Below, one piece after another: positions 8,930-18,110 of a stretch of 44,141 nt of DNA. The stretch is from Nitrosopumilaceae archaeon. Lineage in GTDB: Archaea; Thermoproteota; Nitrososphaeria; Nitrososphaerales; Nitrosopumilaceae. Numbering within the stretch: position 1 is the first letter of the stretch; each line of letters begins with the position of its first letter. The notes beneath the pieces are model-generated. The model was given only the letters and a program-made list of their open reading frames with translations. It was not told the origin of the DNA and did no database searches. Both the position numbers and the translations under genes were made by a program. The stretch is from contig JBQTHX010000028.1 of NCBI GenBank assembly GCA_052389415.1, positions 1 through 44,141 of the forward strand, given 5' to 3'.

Positions 8930-9247
8930 ATGAAGAAAGAATACGTAGTTGTACGAATAGATGCTTCACCAGAAGGAGCTCCGTATGTCGTCGTTTCTTT
9001 GTCTACACCAAAGGACTTTAGAGAGCAGAACCAGCCAATGTCACCTTTTGGCTCTAACGTGATGGGTTTTTCTAACATGGATGACATGATTAAGGGTCTT
9101 AACAAAATGATGACGGGAGGCGTTTTTGGTCAAGCAGGTGGTATTACCTCAATCAAACTAGACATGCATGAATACAAAGAGCTTGGTCTTTCAGTAGGCG
9201 ACAAGGTCTTTCTTGAAATCTCTAAACCAGAAACAATGGGCGTTTAA
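8930..9247 (+). CDS. Hypothetical protein, possibly Arcadin-1-like
   Basis: ATG 8930 is the likely start within ORF 8783..9247; VVVRIDASPEGAPYVVVSL...IKLDMHEYKELGLSVGDKVFLEI. Confidence 0.55.
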   Translation: MKKEYVVVRIDASPEGAPYVVVSLSTPKDFREQNQPMSPFGSNVMGFSNMDDMIKGLNKMMTGGVFGQAGGITSIKLDMHEYKELGLSVGDKVFLEISKPETMGV

Positions 9248-9259
9248 TCTTTGCTAAAT

Positions 9260-9922
9260 TTATCTAGAAATCTCTGATCGTAAGATTTGGTATGCTCTTG
9301 CAGCATCTTTTTCATACAAAACAATGGTTATATCTTCCTGGCCAAAAAATGCGTTAACAAGTTCTATTCCATTATCATGTAAAATCTCAGAAACATAGGA
9401 AGCCGCATCTGATCTGTTCTGTGTGGTGGGAATATGTATACTGATTTTTGCTAATCCTGTCTGAAAAAAGTTTTTCTGATTTGGGAAGGATGCCAACAGC
9501 TTTCTTACATCGTCAACATCTTCGGTTAAGACTCGAAATGAATCAGTCAACCTAAAAAATTCATAGTCTGGATCAACTTTCATAAACTTGTTCATCAATT
9601 CTGCAGCATCTTCAATCTCAAAATCATCTGTAGAAAACCTAACATCGGCAATTCCATCTGTTAATGAAATTCTAGCATTCTTTAAAACCGCTTGATTCTG
9701 CAGTTCGTCCTTTTCTTCAAACGAGTCTGCATACCTTTTAATTGCAACAACTACGGTATTGAGATTTACAGATCCTCCAACGTATTCTTCCACATCCTTT
9801 TGGATCTTTACCGCAAGGGCGGTATAGTTTATCAAATCCATCTTGACACAATCATAAATTGAGCGATTTCTAGTGATAATTTCCCTTACTGCCTCTGGCA
9901 CAGAAATATTTACAACTCTCAT
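9260..9922 (-). CDS. ACT-domain protein with N-terminal helical domain
   Basis: DLINYTALA...TVVVAIKRY N-terminus; C-terminal ACT-like SEILHDNGIELV...DITIVL. Confidence 0.75.
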   Translation of the reverse strand: MRVVNISVPEAVREIITRNRSIYDCVKMDLINYTALAVKIQKDVEEYVGGSVNLNTVVVAIKRYADSFEEKDELQNQAVLKNARISLTDGIADVRFSTDDFEIEDAAELMNKFMKVDPDYEFFRLTDSFRVLTEDVDDVRKLLASFPNQKNFFQTGLAKISIHIPTTQNRSDAASYVSEILHDNGIELVNAFFGQEDITIVLYEKDAARAYQILRSEISR

Positions 9923-10032
9923 ATTGAATTATAAATGATGTCATGTATAATAGTCTTATGTAAGTATTATCTATTTATTAAAATAAAATTTATATAATGT
10001 CAAAAATATTACAAACGATAGGTGAATATTAC

Positions 10033-10533
10033 ATGTTCATAACAGACGAGTTCGACAACCTTTGGAGAAGAATGTCTAGACAGTTTTTTGACATAGACGA
10101 CATCTTCGAGAATCTTAAGGATACAGACAACCTCCAAACATTTGGTCCTTACTACTATGGTTACACAATGACCGTAGGGTCTGACGGAAAGCCGGTTGTA
10201 AAAGAATTTGGAAATCTAAAACCAAACTTGCTTCCAACATCTGATGTTAGGGAACCTTTTGTGGATGTCCTAGTAGACGACAAAGACAAAATCTTGAAAC
10301 TTGTTGCTGAAATGCCAGGTGTAGAAAAAAAGGACATCAAGATTGTAGTTGAAGGAAGAACAGTAAATCTTGATGCAGAGCATGAACAGAAAAAATATCA
10401 TGCCAAGGTACCCATAAGACACAAGGTAGATGAAGATTCTGTCAAGGCAACTTATGCCAACGGAATTCTTGAAGTGAGTTTCAAACTAAGAGAAGAAGAC
10501 AAACCAAAAGGCAAGACAGTGGAGGTACAATAA
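10033..10533 (+). CDS. hsp20: Small heat shock protein Hsp20
   Basis: GPYYYGYTMTVGSDGKPVVKEFGN, AEMPGV, ATYANGILEV; GGTGA SD at 10021-10025 supports ATG 10033. Confidence 0.92.
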   Translation: MFITDEFDNLWRRMSRQFFDIDDIFENLKDTDNLQTFGPYYYGYTMTVGSDGKPVVKEFGNLKPNLLPTSDVREPFVDVLVDDKDKILKLVAEMPGVEKKDIKIVVEGRTVNLDAEHEQKKYHAKVPIRHKVDEDSVKATYANGILEVSFKLREEDKPKGKTVEVQ

Positions 10534-10546
10534 CCTCTATTTTTTT
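10522..10546 (+). terminator. Hairpin plus T-run between hsp20 and cdc48 (possible partial terminator)
   Basis: GAGGT-ACAATA-ACCTC followed by T7 (10540-10546), just ahead of the cdc48 SD GGTGA (10549-10553). Confidence 0.4.
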
Positions 10547-10557
10547 ATGGTGATTAG

Positions 10558-12693
10558 ATGAGCGAAATTATTTTAAAAATTAGTGAAGTCTCTCAAAGAC
10601 TTGTTGGTAAAGGCATTGCATCAGTAGATCCAAAAATCGTGGAAGATAACAGATGGGAAACTGGCCAAATATTGGAAATTGTAGGAAATAGAAAGAGCCA
10701 TGTAAAGTTGTGGCCAGGAACTCCAGAAGATTATGGCAGTGGAATAATCAAGATTGATGGTTTGACAAGGCACAATATAGGTTCAGGTATAGGAGAGAAA
10801 ATCTCTATAAAAAAAGTCGACGCCAAGATAGCTCAATCCATAGTAGTATCACCAATTGAGAAATTAAGTTCCGAAGGACTGCAGGATTACATGCAAGCAA
10901 ATTATGATGGTCATGTTTTGACAACTGGTGATACTCTTATTGTTACAACCCAGTTGGGTGGTAAAACACAACTAATAGTTACCAGCACTAGTCCCACATC
11001 AAAACCTGTAATAGTAACAGATCAAACTGAATTCAAGTTAGGAAGCCTAACTAAAGCAATAGACCAATCAGTGCCAAGAATCACTTATGATGATTTAGGT
11101 GGATTAAAGAAAGAGGTTCAAAAGATACGTGAAATGATAGAACTTCCAATGCGTCATCCTGAATTATTTGAAAAACTTGGCGTAGAGGCACCAAAAGGAG
11201 TACTAATGTATGGTCCACCAGGTACCGGAAAGACACTCTTGGCCAAAGCAGTTGCAGGCGAAACGAACTCTCATTTTACATCTCTTAGCGGTCCTGAGAT
11301 CATGAGTAAATATTATGGTGAAAGCGAGGAGCGATTAAGAGAGATCTTCAAGCAAGCAGAAGAAAATTCTCCCAGCATCATATTTATTGATGAGATCGAT
11401 TCTATCGCCCCAAAACGTGAAGAAGTAACAGGTGAGGTAGAAAAGAGAATTGTATCACAATTACTTACGTTGATGGATGGAATGAAATCTAGGGGTAAGG
11501 TAGTTGTAATTGCGGCAACAAATAGACCCGATTCAATTGACCCAGCATTAAGAAGACCAGGAAGATTTGATAGAGAGATTGAGATCGGAATTCCTGATGA
11601 ACAAGGAAGAAAAGAAATTTTAGACATTCATACACGTGGGATGCCTCTTGATGGCAAGGTCAATTTAGATCAAATAGCAAAAATTACTCATGGATTTGTT
11701 GGTGCAGATTTAGAGATTCTTGCAAAAGAAGCAGCTATTAGATCATTACGAAGAATCTTACCACAACTAGACTTGGAACAAGAAAAGATATCATCTGAAA
11801 TTTTGCAAAAAATAGTAATTAATGATGAAGACTTTAGGGACGCATTAAAGGAAGTTAGACCATCAGCGTTAAGAGAAATCCTAGTTCAAGTACCAAATGT
11901 AACATGGGATGATGTCGGAGGATTAGATTCTCTTAAAGAAGAATTACAAGAAGCTGTTGAATGGCCTCTAAAACATAAAGATGCATTTACACATGCAGAT
12001 GTCTCTGCCCCACGAGGAATTCTTTTGCATGGACCACCAGGTACCGGAAAGACGTTGATCGCAAAAGCAGTAGCAAATACTACAGAATCAAATTTTATCA
12101 GCATAAAGGGTCCTGAACTTTTATCAAAATGGGTAGGAGAATCTGAAAAGGGTGTGCGAGAAATTTTCCGAAAGGCACGTCAAGCGTCACCATGTATAAT
12201 ATTTCTAGACGAAATAGATGCTATTGCACCTAGTCGCAGCTCTGCAACGTCTGATTCACATGTTACTGAAAGGGTTGTGTCACAAATCCTAACAGAAATC
12301 GACGGTCTTGAAGAATTAGAAAATGTTGTAGTGATAGGTGCTACAAATCGAATTGATATAGTCGATTCCGCTCTGCTCAGACCGGGAAGATTTGATAGAA
12401 TAATTGAAGTACCACTACCTGATGAACATGGAAGAGAAAATATCTTTAAAATACACACAAAGAAAAAACCTCTGGCTAATGATGTCAATCTTACACAACT
12501 AGTGGAAAAAACTCATGGATTTAGTGGAGCGGAAATTGGGGGAGTTTGTAATAGAGCCGCAATGGCTGCAATAAAACGATTTGTAAACACTAAAGAAAAA
12601 TCTGTTAAATCAATCAAGATAACACAAGAAGATTTGATAAATGCAATAAGTAAAGTTAAACCAGAAAAGGTAGGACTACCGGCAGCTGCATAA
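10558..12693 (+). CDS. cdc48: CDC48/VCP family AAA+ ATPase
   Basis: N-domain plus two AAA modules (GPPGTGKT twice, FIDEID/FLDEID, RPGRFDR twice). Confidence 0.96.
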   Translation: MSEIILKISEVSQRLVGKGIASVDPKIVEDNRWETGQILEIVGNRKSHVKLWPGTPEDYGSGIIKIDGLTRHNIGSGIGEKISIKKVDAKIAQSIVVSPIEKLSSEGLQDYMQANYDGHVLTTGDTLIVTTQLGGKTQLIVTSTSPTSKPVIVTDQTEFKLGSLTKAIDQSVPRITYDDLGGLKKEVQKIREMIELPMRHPELFEKLGVEAPKGVLMYGPPGTGKTLLAKAVAGETNSHFTSLSGPEIMSKYYGESEERLREIFKQAEENSPSIIFIDEIDSIAPKREEVTGEVEKRIVSQLLTLMDGMKSRGKVVVIAATNRPDSIDPALRRPGRFDREIEIGIPDEQGRKEILDIHTRGMPLDGKVNLDQIAKITHGFVGADLEILAKEAAIRSLRRILPQLDLEQEKISSEILQKIVINDEDFRDALKEVRPSALREILVQVPNVTWDDVGGLDSLKEELQEAVEWPLKHKDAFTHADVSAPRGILLHGPPGTGKTLIAKAVANTTESNFISIKGPELLSKWVGESEKGVREIFRKARQASPCIIFLDEIDAIAPSRSSATSDSHVTERVVSQILTEIDGLEELENVVVIGATNRIDIVDSALLRPGRFDRIIEVPLPDEHGRENIFKIHTKKKPLANDVNLTQLVEKTHGFSGAEIGGVCNRAAMAAIKRFVNTKEKSVKSIKITQEDLINAISKVKPEKVGLPAAA

Positions 12694-12723
12694 TAGCTTA
12701 TAAGAGAATTTGAAGTAAAGTAC

Positions 12724-13785
12724 ATGACGACTCGGGAAGCAATACTGTATGAAAAATTACCAAACGATAAGGTTCGATGCACAGCTTGTGCAAGATACTG
12801 TGAAATTGGTAAAGGACAGGTAGGTCTGTGTGGTATAAGAGGAAATGAATCGGGAAAGCTACAACTGTATGTTTATGGCAAAGTAATTTCTGGAAACGTT
12901 GATCCTATAGAAAAAAAACCTGTTACTCACTATAAACCAGGAACAAGTATATTTTCAATAGCTACTACAGGTTGTAACTGGCTGTGCAAGTATTGTCAAA
13001 ACTATGACATTAGTCAAAGACGAAAAATAGAAGGCACCGATATGACTCCTCAAGATGTAGCCAACAGAGCTGTAGAATTGGGGGCAGATGGAATAGCATA
13101 TACCTACAACGAACCCTCGATATTCATAGAATTTGCACGCGATTGTGGAATAGCTGCACATAACAAAGGTCTCTTCAATATTTTTGTGTCAAATGGCTAT
13201 GATACTCCTGAAACAGTAAAGATGATGGGAGAGTTTCTTGATTGTATTACGGTAGACTTTAAGGGAAACGCAGAGCCACAATTTACTAGAAAATTCATAG
13301 GAATTCCCGATCCAAAACCAATCTTTGATTCTCTGATTAGGATAAGAGACGAAACAAAGATTCACGTAGAAATTACAGATCTTGTTGTTCCACAAATTGG
13401 CGATAATTTAGAATATGCCAAAAAACTATGCAAGTTTATCTATGATGAATTTGGCCCAGAAATGCCGATCCACTTTCTACGATTTCATCCTGATTATAAA
13501 ATGATGGAATACGAGTCAACTCCAATAAAGACACTTGAAAAGCATTATGAAGTTGCCAAAAAAGAAGGACTAGATTATGTATATCTAGGAAATGTACCAG
13601 GTCATCCTCTTGAACACACTTACTGCTCGAAATGCAACAATATTGTAGTCAAAAGATATGGCTATGATATTCAAGGTTGGAATATGGATGATAACAACAG
13701 TTGCAAGGTTTGTGGAAACAAGATTCCAATAATAGGAAAATTACCAAAAGATTACAAACAAAACAGGTTCCAGTTTGTCTGTTAA
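12724..13785 (+). CDS. amrS: AmmeMemoRadiSam system radical SAM enzyme
   Basis: CTACARYC...GLCG, DPIEKKP, GCNWLCKYCQN (CxxxCxxC), YTYNEP, RFHPDY, YLGNV. Confidence 0.9.
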   Translation: MTTREAILYEKLPNDKVRCTACARYCEIGKGQVGLCGIRGNESGKLQLYVYGKVISGNVDPIEKKPVTHYKPGTSIFSIATTGCNWLCKYCQNYDISQRRKIEGTDMTPQDVANRAVELGADGIAYTYNEPSIFIEFARDCGIAAHNKGLFNIFVSNGYDTPETVKMMGEFLDCITVDFKGNAEPQFTRKFIGIPDPKPIFDSLIRIRDETKIHVEITDLVVPQIGDNLEYAKKLCKFIYDEFGPEMPIHFLRFHPDYKMMEYESTPIKTLEKHYEVAKKEGLDYVYLGNVPGHPLEHTYCSKCNNIVVKRYGYDIQGWNMDDNNSCKVCGNKIPIIGKLPKDYKQNRFQFVC

Positions 13786-13794
13786 ATAGCAATT

Positions 13795-13853
13795 GCTCTT
13801 ACAGGGGAACCTGACACGGGGAAACCTTCAAAGTCAAATGAGAAGAGTCATCA
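13795..13853. other. Candidate structured RNA element
   Basis: GC-richer intergenic stretch with nested stems GCTCTT/AAGAGT, TGAC/GTCA and GG-GAAA-CC. Confidence 0.25.
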
Positions 13854-13931
13854 AAATTTACTAAATATGGGTAATTAATCAATTTGATGATTTCAATCAA
13901 AGGTTAAATATTGTAAAACAACAATGATCAC

Positions 13932-14192
13932 ATGCCAACAACATACATCCTGTTAAATTCTGATTTGGGTTCTGATGTTGAAATTATCAAAAAGATAAAG
14001 GAGATATTGGATAAAGAGGGAAAGGCTGTACAATATGAGGTCCAGGGCGTGTACGGTGTTTACGACATTGTAGTCAAAATTTCATCAGACAGTATGGACC
14101 ATCTAAGAAATATCATTACAAACAAGATTAGAAAGATCGATAAAGTATATTCAACACTAACTATGATGGTTATAGAAGAACAAGAACAATAA
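13932..14192 (+). CDS. Lrp/AsnC ligand-binding (RAM) domain protein without HTH
   Basis: GVYGVYDIVVKI...KIRKIDKVYSTLTMMV. Confidence 0.88.
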   Translation: MPTTYILLNSDLGSDVEIIKKIKEILDKEGKAVQYEVQGVYGVYDIVVKISSDSMDHLRNIITNKIRKIDKVYSTLTMMVIEEQEQ

Positions 14193-15341
14193 TTACAATC
14201 TTTTTATCGCTTCTACTACTTTAAGGACCTCAGATTCTGTATTGAAAAAATGCATTGAAGCTCTAATTACTTTTTTAGTAAATATTTCTCGTACTGCAAG
14301 AACCATATTTTGTTTTGCAAGTCTATCAACAATAGTTTTTGGATCCTGATTTTGGAGTGAAAATGATACTATACTTGTCCTGTTTTCTGGTTCCACTGGT
14401 CCATGTAAAGAGACGACTGAAATCTTTGATAGCTCCTCACGTAACAAATTAGCAAGTTTAATGTTCTTTTTTCTGACATTGCCCAGTCCTAATCGTAGTA
14501 GATAGACCACGGATGCTTCCAAGCCTGCTACTCCAGCCCAATTGCGAAATCCAGCTTGAAACTTGGCTGGTATTTCCTTGTAAGCAATCTTGTCCTCATA
14601 AAAAATTGCTGACTCGCCACCAACTTGGAGAGGTTCTAGTAAGTCACTTGATTCCTTTTTACAATAAAAGATACCCATTCCCATAGGACCGCATAGCCAC
14701 TTTGAACCGTTGAATGACATAAAATTACAATTGATCTTGTTTACATCTACATCTTCGATGCAACCGACAGTTTGAGCTGAATCTACAAAAAATGGAATAT
14801 TTTTTTCACCAAGTAATTTTCCAACTAATTCTACTGGAAGAATTGTTCCCGTATTATATAATGCATGACTTAGTACTACAAGACCAGTGTTGTTATCAAT
14901 TTTTTCTTCAAGATGACTAAAATCAAAAAATCCATTTTCATCTACGGGGATGTTTCTCACATCCATTTTTTTGGAGATCCGAACCCATGGATAATGATTT
15001 GCCGGATGCTCGTGATTAGAACCTCGGATTATAATATTGGAAGCTGACTTGAGATTCAGCCCATTAGAAACCATGTTGACTCCATCTGTAGTACTTTGTG
15101 TTAGAACTATTTCCTCAGGTTTACATTTTATCATATGCGCTATTGCTTTTCTAAGAAGAGAGAGTTTCTCTCTTACCAGTTCATCTGCAATACTTGAATC
15201 GGGACCTGCTTCATTATATGTTACAAGAAAATCAGTCATTGCCTTTATGCTTGAAATTGGCATAAGTGAAGTAGACGCGTTATTTAGGTAAATTCTACTC
15301 TTGTATGGAAAATCTTCTGCTACATTATAATCTAAATTCAT
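14193..15341 (-). CDS. Class V PLP-dependent enzyme (cysteine desulfurase-like)
   Basis: IYLNNAS, EHPAN, VDSAQTVG, GSKWLCGPMG, IRASMHFFN. Confidence 0.85.
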   Translation of the reverse strand: MNLDYNVAEDFPYKSRIYLNNASTSLMPISSIKAMTDFLVTYNEAGPDSSIADELVREKLSLLRKAIAHMIKCKPEEIVLTQSTTDGVNMVSNGLNLKSASNIIIRGSNHEHPANHYPWVRISKKMDVRNIPVDENGFFDFSHLEEKIDNNTGLVVLSHALYNTGTILPVELVGKLLGEKNIPFFVDSAQTVGCIEDVDVNKINCNFMSFNGSKWLCGPMGMGIFYCKKESSDLLEPLQVGGESAIFYEDKIAYKEIPAKFQAGFRNWAGVAGLEASVVYLLRLGLGNVRKKNIKLANLLREELSKISVVSLHGPVEPENRTSIVSFSLQNQDPKTIVDRLAKQNMVLAVREIFTKKVIRASMHFFNTESEVLKVVEAIKRL

Positions 15342-15356
15342 TATTATATTACAGTA

Positions 15357-15983
15357 TTGCTAAGTTCCACGTTGTTTAAAAATCATAATGAGCCAGATGA
15401 TGTTGGATTTAATTTAGAAAACATTCTTTCACAGTCCAAAATTAATTCTATTTTATATTCCGATCCTTTTTTAAAAGCTGGATTTATCGCAAAACTTGTT
15501 CAAGATACAAAAATAGATATTTTATATTTAGATATTGATCTGTTGCACAGTGGATATGTAGCATCTGGTGTGTTTCCATCACACTCGCATCTCTCTTTAT
15601 TCCAACCTACTATAGAGTCGTGGAACAAAATTCTAGCTAAGATTGTTGTAGAATCAAGTATGAAAAAATCAATGATTATAATCGATTCCCTAAATGGACT
15701 TTATAATTTGTTAAATGAAAAAAAGGAAATCGGGAAACTAGTCAACTCATACATTATGTTAATTACAAGCATGGCAAGAAAGACTGGTTCTTTTGTTATT
15801 ATAACAAGCATGGTCAGATTTAAAAAAGAAGAAGGATGGGTACTTTCTCCTACAGGCAAACGCCTCATTGAGACAAATATGGTAAAAAAAATACTTTTAG
15901 AACAAGATTCATCTGGAATAGTTCTTGATTTTCTCAATAAAGAAAAAACTGTTATCCCGTTTAATCTGATTCCTTTAATCTAA
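15357..15983 (+). CDS. Hypothetical protein with degenerate RecA/KaiC-like fold
   Basis: ILYLDIDL and IIIDSLNGL (Walker B-like); no GxxGxGKT; start uncertain. Confidence 0.55.
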   Translation: MLSSTLFKNHNEPDDVGFNLENILSQSKINSILYSDPFLKAGFIAKLVQDTKIDILYLDIDLLHSGYVASGVFPSHSHLSLFQPTIESWNKILAKIVVESSMKKSMIIIDSLNGLYNLLNEKKEIGKLVNSYIMLITSMARKTGSFVIITSMVRFKKEEGWVLSPTGKRLIETNMVKKILLEQDSSGIVLDFLNKEKTVIPFNLIPLI

Positions 15984-16250
15984 TCGCTTTATTATGTGAT
16001 AACCAAACTGGGTCTTTACTAGATCAGAAACTTGGCCTTTCTCTAATGTAAAGGCAGCTTTTTCAAATTCTCGTACCATCACACCTCGTCCAAAGAAACT
16101 AAGGTCACCTCCTCGTTTTTTTGAAGTATCTATAGAATATTGCTTTGCCAAGGCAGTAAAGCTTTCACCATTTGCAATTTTTGTTTTAATTTCTAATGCA
16201 AGACTTTGTTTTTCTACTAATATGTGGGCACAGTGAATTTTGCTTGCTAT
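15975..16250 (-). CDS. Parvulin-type PPIase, 91 aa, apparent ATA start (not in ORF track)
   Basis: Manual translation (I/M)ASKIHCAHILVEKQSLALEIKTKIANGESFTALAKQYSIDTSKKRGGDLSFFGRGVMVREFEKAAFTLEKGQVSDLVKTQFGYHIIKRLD. Confidence 0.9.
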   Translation of the reverse strand: MASKIHCAHILVEKQSLALEIKTKIANGESFTALAKQYSIDTSKKRGGDLSFFGRGVMVREFEKAAFTLEKGQVSDLVKTQFGYHIIKRLD

Positions 16251-16363
16251 GGTTTTGGAAATAAAATCAAATTATAAAAGAGCGTCGATAAATTTGCAAT
16301 TAAAACTGTTACCTGTGATTCTAAATTCTTAGAATGATTAATTAGTATGAGCTAATGATCGAT

Positions 16364-16430
16364 TTTTCTAACAGCGTTATAAAATTTTCAAACGCCGTTA
16401 TAACATCAATTTTTCGAGCAAGTTATATTA
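16364..16430 (+). promoter_or_regulatory. Two tandem repeats 21 bp apart plus BRE/TATA upstream of ferredoxin
   Basis: TTTTC-TAACAGC-GTTATAA (16364-16382), TTTTC-AAACGCC-GTTATAA (16385-16403), then TTTTC-GAGCAA-GTTATATTA. Confidence 0.55.
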
Positions 16431-16460
16431 AGATCCATTTAGAAAGATTATTCGATAAAC

Positions 16461-16760
16461 ATGCCAGTTGGAATTATTCCAGATATAGGCGAACAAATGT
16501 GTATAGGATGTGCTCTCTGTGTAGAGATTTGTACATCACTAGGACCAGACGTATTAAGAGTTAAACCAGTAGAAGGCTGGAAGCGAGGTAAGGCATTTGT
16601 ATTTTATCCAGAACGATGCATCTCTGATGGAGCATGCATTGGAGTTTGCCCAACAAAGGCAATCTTTTGGATGAGACCAATGGACTTTACTGTCGGACAA
16701 CCAGTGCCATTATACAGAAACTCTGTATTCGTTAAAGGTTGGACTGAATTAGCAGATTAA
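16461..16760 (+). CDS. 4Fe-4S dicluster ferredoxin
   Basis: CIGCALCVEIC and CISDGACIGVCP. Confidence 0.92.
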   Translation: MPVGIIPDIGEQMCIGCALCVEICTSLGPDVLRVKPVEGWKRGKAFVFYPERCISDGACIGVCPTKAIFWMRPMDFTVGQPVPLYRNSVFVKGWTELAD

Positions 16761-16843
16761 GTCCATCAAAAACTTCTTTTTATTATATTACACTAGAATA
16801 AATTATAGCTGTGTAAATATACGGAAAAATTCTATTGATATCA

Positions 16844-17338
16844 ATGAGCAGACCAGGAAATTTATGGCGCAAAGTACATGGAAGAATAACAAAAAAACCC
16901 ACAAATTTTAGCTGGCTTATTAATGACAAACTTGCTGGAAGTGGAATGCCAACATCCCATGAAGAAGTAGAATGGGTTATCAAAACTGGCGTAAAATCAG
17001 TTGTAACTATGACAGAGGAGCCTTTACCTGAATCTTGGATTAAAAATATCAAGTATCTACACGTTCCTACTGAAGATCTTTCTGCACCAGATATGGATAA
17101 AATCAATGACACTGTTGATTATATCCATGAAAGAATACAAAACAATGAACCAACTATGATTCATTGCGCAGCAGGGATTGGTAGGACAGGCACTATTCTA
17201 GCTTGCTATCTGATCAAATATCACAAGCTTTCCACCGAAGAAGCAATCAGTAGAGTACGTAAAGAAAGACCTGGTTCTGTGCAATCGGAATCTCAAGAAA
17301 TTGCAATCGAATTATTTCATAAATTCATTAACAAGTAA
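16844..17338 (+). CDS. Dual-specificity/tyrosine protein phosphatase
   Basis: HCAAGIGRTG (CX5R), EDLSAP acid loop, RPGSVQ. Confidence 0.92.
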   Translation: MSRPGNLWRKVHGRITKKPTNFSWLINDKLAGSGMPTSHEEVEWVIKTGVKSVVTMTEEPLPESWIKNIKYLHVPTEDLSAPDMDKINDTVDYIHERIQNNEPTMIHCAAGIGRTGTILACYLIKYHKLSTEEAISRVRKERPGSVQSESQEIAIELFHKFINK

Positions 17339-17494
17339 TTATTCTGGAATTGAGGTGGTTACCATCTTTCCATTTTCAAGTTTAATGAATAGATACCTGT
17401 TATCTTTGAAAATTAACGTTATTTCATTTTCTTTTTCAGACTTGTCTTCAACTTCAAGCAATTCTTGACCTCTGATACCATCAAATTTAGTCAT
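17339..17494 (-). CDS. 51-aa hypothetical protein (not in ORF track)
   Basis: Manual translation MTKFDGIRGQELLEVEDKSEKENEITLIFKDNRYLFIKLENGKMVTTSIPE; stop abuts the phosphatase stop and fills the gap. Confidence 0.65.
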   Translation of the reverse strand: MTKFDGIRGQELLEVEDKSEKENEITLIFKDNRYLFIKLENGKMVTTSIPE

Positions 17495-17523
17495 AATTTT
17501 GTTCCATTTATTCCATTTATATC

Positions 17524-18066
17524 CTATTTGGTAATTTCTATTTCAATCTCTTCAGAATGAGTCTTGTCGCTAAAAGATTCTGTAAAATCATGTTTTAACC
17601 AGGAAACAAAAACTTCGGCTCCTATCTTATGTTTACCAACTCCAAGGTCTGCAGCACTAAACTCCATCTTTTCATCAAAATCAAGAAGCATTTCTTGGGC
17701 TTCTATCTGGGTTCGTGGGATGAATGGTTCAAAATTTTTTGAAATTTGTACCCAGATCTTTTTTTCTGCTACCTGAGTAAGTTTAGGATTACGGGTCCAA
17801 AAAATGGCTGCTTTCCGATAAGTATCTAGAGGTTTTCCAATATCGCGTTTTCGTAATCCCCCTGTGTAAAGTTTTACTCCATATTTTAGCTTGAAAGCAT
17901 TATCATGTTTACTGTATGCCTTCTCCCAATTTTTTTCATTCCAAGATTCACGGAGTGCTCCCATGATAGAAAATTTTACATTTATTATTGCATTTTCATT
18001 TAACTTGAACTCATCACTTGATTTTGTTAATTCGATATTACCAATAAAGCTCTTTTCACTAGTCAC
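17524..18066 (-). CDS. Hypothetical protein
   Basis: 180-aa ORF filling the space, GTG start; no recognised motif. Confidence 0.7.
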   Translation of the reverse strand: MTSEKSFIGNIELTKSSDEFKLNENAIINVKFSIMGALRESWNEKNWEKAYSKHDNAFKLKYGVKLYTGGLRKRDIGKPLDTYRKAAIFWTRNPKLTQVAEKKIWVQISKNFEPFIPRTQIEAQEMLLDFDEKMEFSAADLGVGKHKIGAEVFVSWLKHDFTESFSDKTHSEEIEIEITK

Positions 18067-18110
18067 GCACGTAATGATTTATATCCTCAATAAGTATTTT
18101 TTTGATTTGC

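Noticed and set aside
16355-16564. 69-aa ORF over the ferredoxin promoter
   Set aside because: Its repeated peptide comes from the DNA repeat and it overlaps the ferredoxin out of frame
17502-17519. TTCCATTTA tandem duplication
   Set aside because: Only two 9-bp copies, no transposase or terminal repeats; probably slippage
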